A stretch of 64,000 bases of DNA from NCBI GenBank assembly GCA_040905565.1, contig JBBDRF010000063.1:1-64000 (forward strand). The letters run 5' to 3'. The DNA is from Phycisphaeraceae bacterium (GTDB taxonomy: Bacteria; Planctomycetota; Phycisphaerae; Phycisphaerales; Zrk34). The notes under the pieces were generated by a model. That model was given only the letters and a program-made list of their open reading frames with translations. It was not told the origin of the DNA and made no database searches. Of this stretch, positions 58,462 through 64,000 are shown piece by piece; positions within the stretch are counted from its first letter, which is position 1; the number at the start of each line of letters is the position of its first letter. Position numbers and translations under genes: made by a program.

Positions 58462-59496
58462 TTACACATTTGCCGGCGCGATGAGTTCCCGGTCCACCGC
58501 TTCGGCGATGCGGGAGAGCGATTGCATCAGATCGGCAAACTCCTCGAAGTTCAGCGTCTGGGCACCGTCGGACCAGGCGTGCTTCGGATCGGCGTGCACT
58601 TCGATGGCGAGGCCGTCGGCGCCTGCGGCGATGGTCGCTTTGCTCATCGCGGGGACGAGGTGCGCGTGGCCTGTGCCGTGGGACGGATCGCCGATCACCG
58701 GCAGGTGCGTCAGATGCTGAAGCTCGGTCACCGAGGCCAGTGAGTAGGTGTTGCGGGTGTGCGTTTCGAACGTGCGGATACCGCGCTCGCAGAGGATCAC
58801 GTTCGGATTGCCCGCAGCAAGAATGTAGTCCGCTGCCTGAAGATATTCGTCGAGCGTCATCGACATGCCGCGTTTGTAGAGGACGGGCTTGGGCTGATTG
58901 CCCGCCGCTTCGAGCAGCTTGTAGTTCTGCGCATTGCGGGTGCCGATCTGCAGACAGTCGGCATAGCGGCTGACGAGTTCGACATCGCCGGGGGTGACGA
59001 CTTCCGTGACGACGGGGAGGCCGGAAGCTTCGCGTGCATTGGCGAGCATCTTCAAGCCGTCTTCGCCGTGGCCCTGGAAGGAGTAGGGATTGGTGCGAGG
59101 CTTGAACGCGCCGCCGCGGAGGGCCGAGGCGCCTAGCTGCTTGAGCGTAACGGCGGTCTGGACGATCTGCTCTTCACTTTCGACCGAGCAGGGCCCGGCG
59201 ATGACCTGAACGGCTTTGCCGCCGAACACGCAGTCGTCACTAAGGGCCACGGTCGACCGCTCGACCTGCCGCTGCTTGGAGGCCATTTTATAAGGTGTGA
59301 GCACACGCATCGCCTTCTGGACGCCGGTGAGTCGTTCGAACACTTCAGGATCCTTTTTCCGGTCTTCGCCGATCACCGCCACAACGGTCAGCTCCGTGCC
59401 CTGGATGATGTGGTCACGCAGGCCCATTTCCTGCACAAGATTGATGACCTGTTCGATCTGGTCGCGGGTCGCTTCGGGTTCCATCACAATGATCAT
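58462..59496 (-). CDS. aroF: DAHP synthase, type I-beta with N-terminal ACT-like domain
   Basis: IAGPCSVE, RGGAFKPRT.PYSFQG, QIGTRN, LCERGIRTFE, DPSHGTG. Confidence 0.95.
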   Translation of the reverse strand: MIIVMEPEATRDQIEQVINLVQEMGLRDHIIQGTELTVVAVIGEDRKKDPEVFERLTGVQKAMRVLTPYKMASKQRQVERSTVALSDDCVFGGKAVQVIAGPCSVESEEQIVQTAVTLKQLGASALRGGAFKPRTNPYSFQGHGEDGLKMLANAREASGLPVVTEVVTPGDVELVSRYADCLQIGTRNAQNYKLLEAAGNQPKPVLYKRGMSMTLDEYLQAADYILAAGNPNVILCERGIRTFETHTRNTYSLASVTELQHLTHLPVIGDPSHGTGHAHLVPAMSKATIAAGADGLAIEVHADPKHAWSDGAQTLNFEEFADLMQSLSRIAEAVDRELIAPANV

Positions 59497-59583
59497 CGTC
59501 GGCTCCTCTTTTGCCTCTCGTCGCTGCCTCCTCCCACAGCCCCCGATTCAATGCGGAAAAGGTGGGGGGGTGGGGGGGGGCAT

Positions 59584-59618
59584 AAAAAAACCCCGAAACG
59601 GTTCGGTCCGCTTCGGGG
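59584..59618 (-). terminator. Attenuator terminator upstream of aroF
   Basis: Minus strand ccccgaagcgg-accgaa-ccgtttcgggg followed by T7. Confidence 0.88.
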
Positions 59619-59662
59619 CATTCGCTGTTGTGTTGGTCATTCAACCTGGACGCGGATGCACC

Positions 59663-59722
59663 TTAAGCGGCCCGAAAGCCGGTAAAGTAAGCAAACCAAC
59701 GCCAAGTAAAGTGACGGTTCAT
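59663..59722 (-). CDS. aroF leader peptide MNRHFTWRWFAYFTGFRAA (not in the ORF track)
   Basis: ATG..TAA, 19 aa with 7 aromatic residues, lying between a promoter and a terminator. Confidence 0.82.
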   Translation of the reverse strand: MNRHFTWRWFAYFTGFRAA

Positions 59723-59729
59723 CGACTTC

Positions 59730-59758
59730 ATTTTGCACCACAGGCTCTGGCCGGTCAA
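59730..59758 (-). promoter_or_regulatory. Putative promoter of the aroF leader
   Basis: Minus strand TTGACC-17 nt-CAAAAT, 7 nt before the leader ATG. Confidence 0.6.
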
Positions 59759-59912
59759 CAAAAATCGCGATTTCTTTTTCAGCCGAGTCAAGGCGTCTCC
59801 AATGCGGGCGCGCTTCACCTCCGAGCGGCGGGCCGAGTTGTGGACAAGTCGGCTCTTTCACCCGCGGTGGCAGGGGAACCGGTGTGCTATACAATGGTGG
59901 CTTGCAAAAGCT

Positions 59913-59996
59913 GCGGGCGTGGCGAAATTGGTAGACGCGCCAGGTTTAGGTCCTGGTGGGGGCAACCCCGTGGAGGTTCGAGTCCTCTCGCCCGCA
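59913..59996 (+). tRNA. tRNA-Leu (anticodon TAG), CCA not encoded
   Basis: Acceptor gcgggcg/cgcccgc, D-loop aattggtaga, ccagg-ttTAGgt-cctgg, long variable arm, ggttcgagtcc. Confidence 0.95.
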
Positions 59997-60048
59997 TTCC
60001 GCTCACCGACGGTCGAGCGGCTTGAAAACATTGACCGGCGGTGGAAGT

Positions 60049-61491
60049 TTGACCTTATGGCTCGGCGTCATCTCGTGGTCGCTGTTGTACCTCATCAGCG
60101 AATGGCTGTTGCGGATCGTGATGACGCTGGTCGTGGTCAGGCGAAAAAAACCCACGCCCGCCATGGCCTGGCTTCTGATCATCTTCTTCCAGCCCTGGTT
60201 CGGCCTTTTCCTTTACATGTTGATGGGTGAGTATCGGCTGCCGCGCCGCCGCATTCAGCAGCACCAGCAGGCGCAGTTGGCGCTGGAAGATTACGCGCGC
60301 CTCGCCGTGCAGCAGCCGCACATCGTTCGCCCCGTGATCGAGCCGGAGCACCGCACGCTCATCAGCATGGCTGAGCACATGGGCGAGATGCCGATCGTCG
60401 GCGGCAACGGCGTCGAACTACTGGCTGACACCGAAGCGTTCATCGAGAAGCTCATTGCCGACATCGATGCCGCCGAGCAGCACGTCCACCTCATGTTCTA
60501 CATCTACGGCGAGGATGAAACCTCCCGCCGCGTGAGTGCCGCCCTGATGCGCGCCGCTGAGCGGGGCGTCCGCTGCCGCCTTCTTGCCGATGCTGTGGGC
60601 GCGCGACCGATGTTCCGCTCCCTTGCGTCACAGATGACCGAAGCCGGCGTCGAGGTCCGACCGGCCATGCCCGTCACGCCGTTTCGCCGAAAGCTGGCGC
60701 GGATCGACCTTCGGAACCATCGCAAGATCGTCGTGATCGACGGCCGGGTCGGCTACACCGGCTCGCAGAATATCATCGATCCCAGCTACGGCACGCACCA
60801 TCTTCGCTGGGTGGAGATGATGGTCAGGCTTACCGGCCCGGCTGTGGCGCAGCTTCAGGGCGTGTTTGTGGAGGACTGGTATTTCGATACCGACGAGGCG
60901 CTTACCTCGCCGGACATTTACGCCCCGCCGATCGCGATGGGTGACGTGCCGATCCAGTCACTGCCCAGCGGGCCGACGTATCCGACGGAGAACTATCAGC
61001 GGCTGGTGGTCGCTGCAATTCATGCCGCTCGTGAGCGGGTGATCATCACCACGCCCTACCTCGTGCCCGACGAAGCGCTGCTTACCGCGCTGCACGTCGC
61101 CACCATGCGCGGTGTTCGCGTCGATCTGATCGTCCCCGACCGTTCGGATCAACCGGTGACCGCCGCTGCCGGCCGCTCCTATTATGAAGATCTGCTCGAG
61201 GCCGGCGTGAACATCTACCAATACACACACGGCCTGCTGCACGCGAAGACGATGAGTGTTGATGATGCGTTCGCACTCATCGGATCGAGCAACTTTGATA
61301 TCCGTTCGTTTTACCTCAATTTCGAACTGAACCTGCTGCTTTACGGGCCGAAGATCACCTCAGAACTGCGTTATCGTCAGAGCCAGTACATTGCCGATTC
61401 GACCCGACTGTCGCTTCAAGATTGGCAGCAGAGGCCGTATCTGCAACGCACCGCTGAAGACCTCGCGAAACTGCTTAGCCCCTTGTTGTGA
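60049..61491 (+). CDS. cls: Cardiolipin synthase
   Basis: Two N-terminal TMs, two HKD motifs ([16 protein letters not shown]); start uncertain (TTG). Confidence 0.9.
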   Translation: MTLWLGVISWSLLYLISEWLLRIVMTLVVVRRKKPTPAMAWLLIIFFQPWFGLFLYMLMGEYRLPRRRIQQHQQAQLALEDYARLAVQQPHIVRPVIEPEHRTLISMAEHMGEMPIVGGNGVELLADTEAFIEKLIADIDAAEQHVHLMFYIYGEDETSRRVSAALMRAAERGVRCRLLADAVGARPMFRSLASQMTEAGVEVRPAMPVTPFRRKLARIDLRNHRKIVVIDGRVGYTGSQNIIDPSYGTHHLRWVEMMVRLTGPAVAQLQGVFVEDWYFDTDEALTSPDIYAPPIAMGDVPIQSLPSGPTYPTENYQRLVVAAIHAARERVIITTPYLVPDEALLTALHVATMRGVRVDLIVPDRSDQPVTAAAGRSYYEDLLEAGVNIYQYTHGLLHAKTMSVDDAFALIGSSNFDIRSFYLNFELNLLLYGPKITSELRYRQSQYIADSTRLSLQDWQQRPYLQRTAEDLAKLLSPLL

Positions 61492-61498
61492 GTGCACG

Positions 61499-63946
<2,448 letters not shown>

Positions 63947-63954
63947 CGGACCCA

Positions 63955-63974
63955 GCGACGCTACGCGTCGCCGG
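63955..63974. repeat. REP-like family B copy
   Basis: gcgacgctacgcgtcgccgg, identical to 24104-24123. Confidence 0.7.
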
Positions 63975-64000
63975 TCCTGTTGGTCATTCCCGCAGCAGCG

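Noticed and set aside
59561..59580. Long G-runs (possible G-quadruplex or Rho-loading C-tract) between the attenuator and aroF
   Set aside because: Similar G-runs occur in several intergenic regions, homopolymer lengths may be unreliable, and there is no further support

Overview
High-GC, gene-dense bacterial chromosomal segment, probably Planctomycetota and most likely class Phycisphaerae. This is an inference from gene content and protein architectures; no database search was run. It is mostly core and housekeeping genes: thpR, lpxB, idh, pepA, lepA, oppAB, rpiB, ygfZ, ribB(X), ilvC, uvrC, lnt, mreBCD, rsmH-LysM-ftsL-ftsI, a five-gene beta-oxidation operon, an NfeD pair, aroF, tRNA-Leu(TAG), cls and copA. 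I found no integrase, transposase, prophage or CRISPR array. The best novel-looking signal is missing from the ORF track: a 19-codon leader peptide, MNRHFTWRWFAYFTGFRAA (4 Phe, 2 Trp, 1 Tyr), upstream of DAHP synthase. It comes with its own promoter, antiterminator and terminator, which fits a ribosome-mediated attenuator sensing all three aromatic amino acids. Other observations: a LysM protein with FtsN-like architecture inside a minimal division cluster; a kinase/Ric/SDR/VKOR/dodecin cluster with altered catalytic residues; a candidate structured ncRNA ahead of a histone-H1-like protein; several dispersed REP-like hairpin families; many apparently leaderless genes; and an Lnt-HEAT fusion. 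Start codons were adjusted by eye where noted. All RNA pairings were read by eye and not computed.
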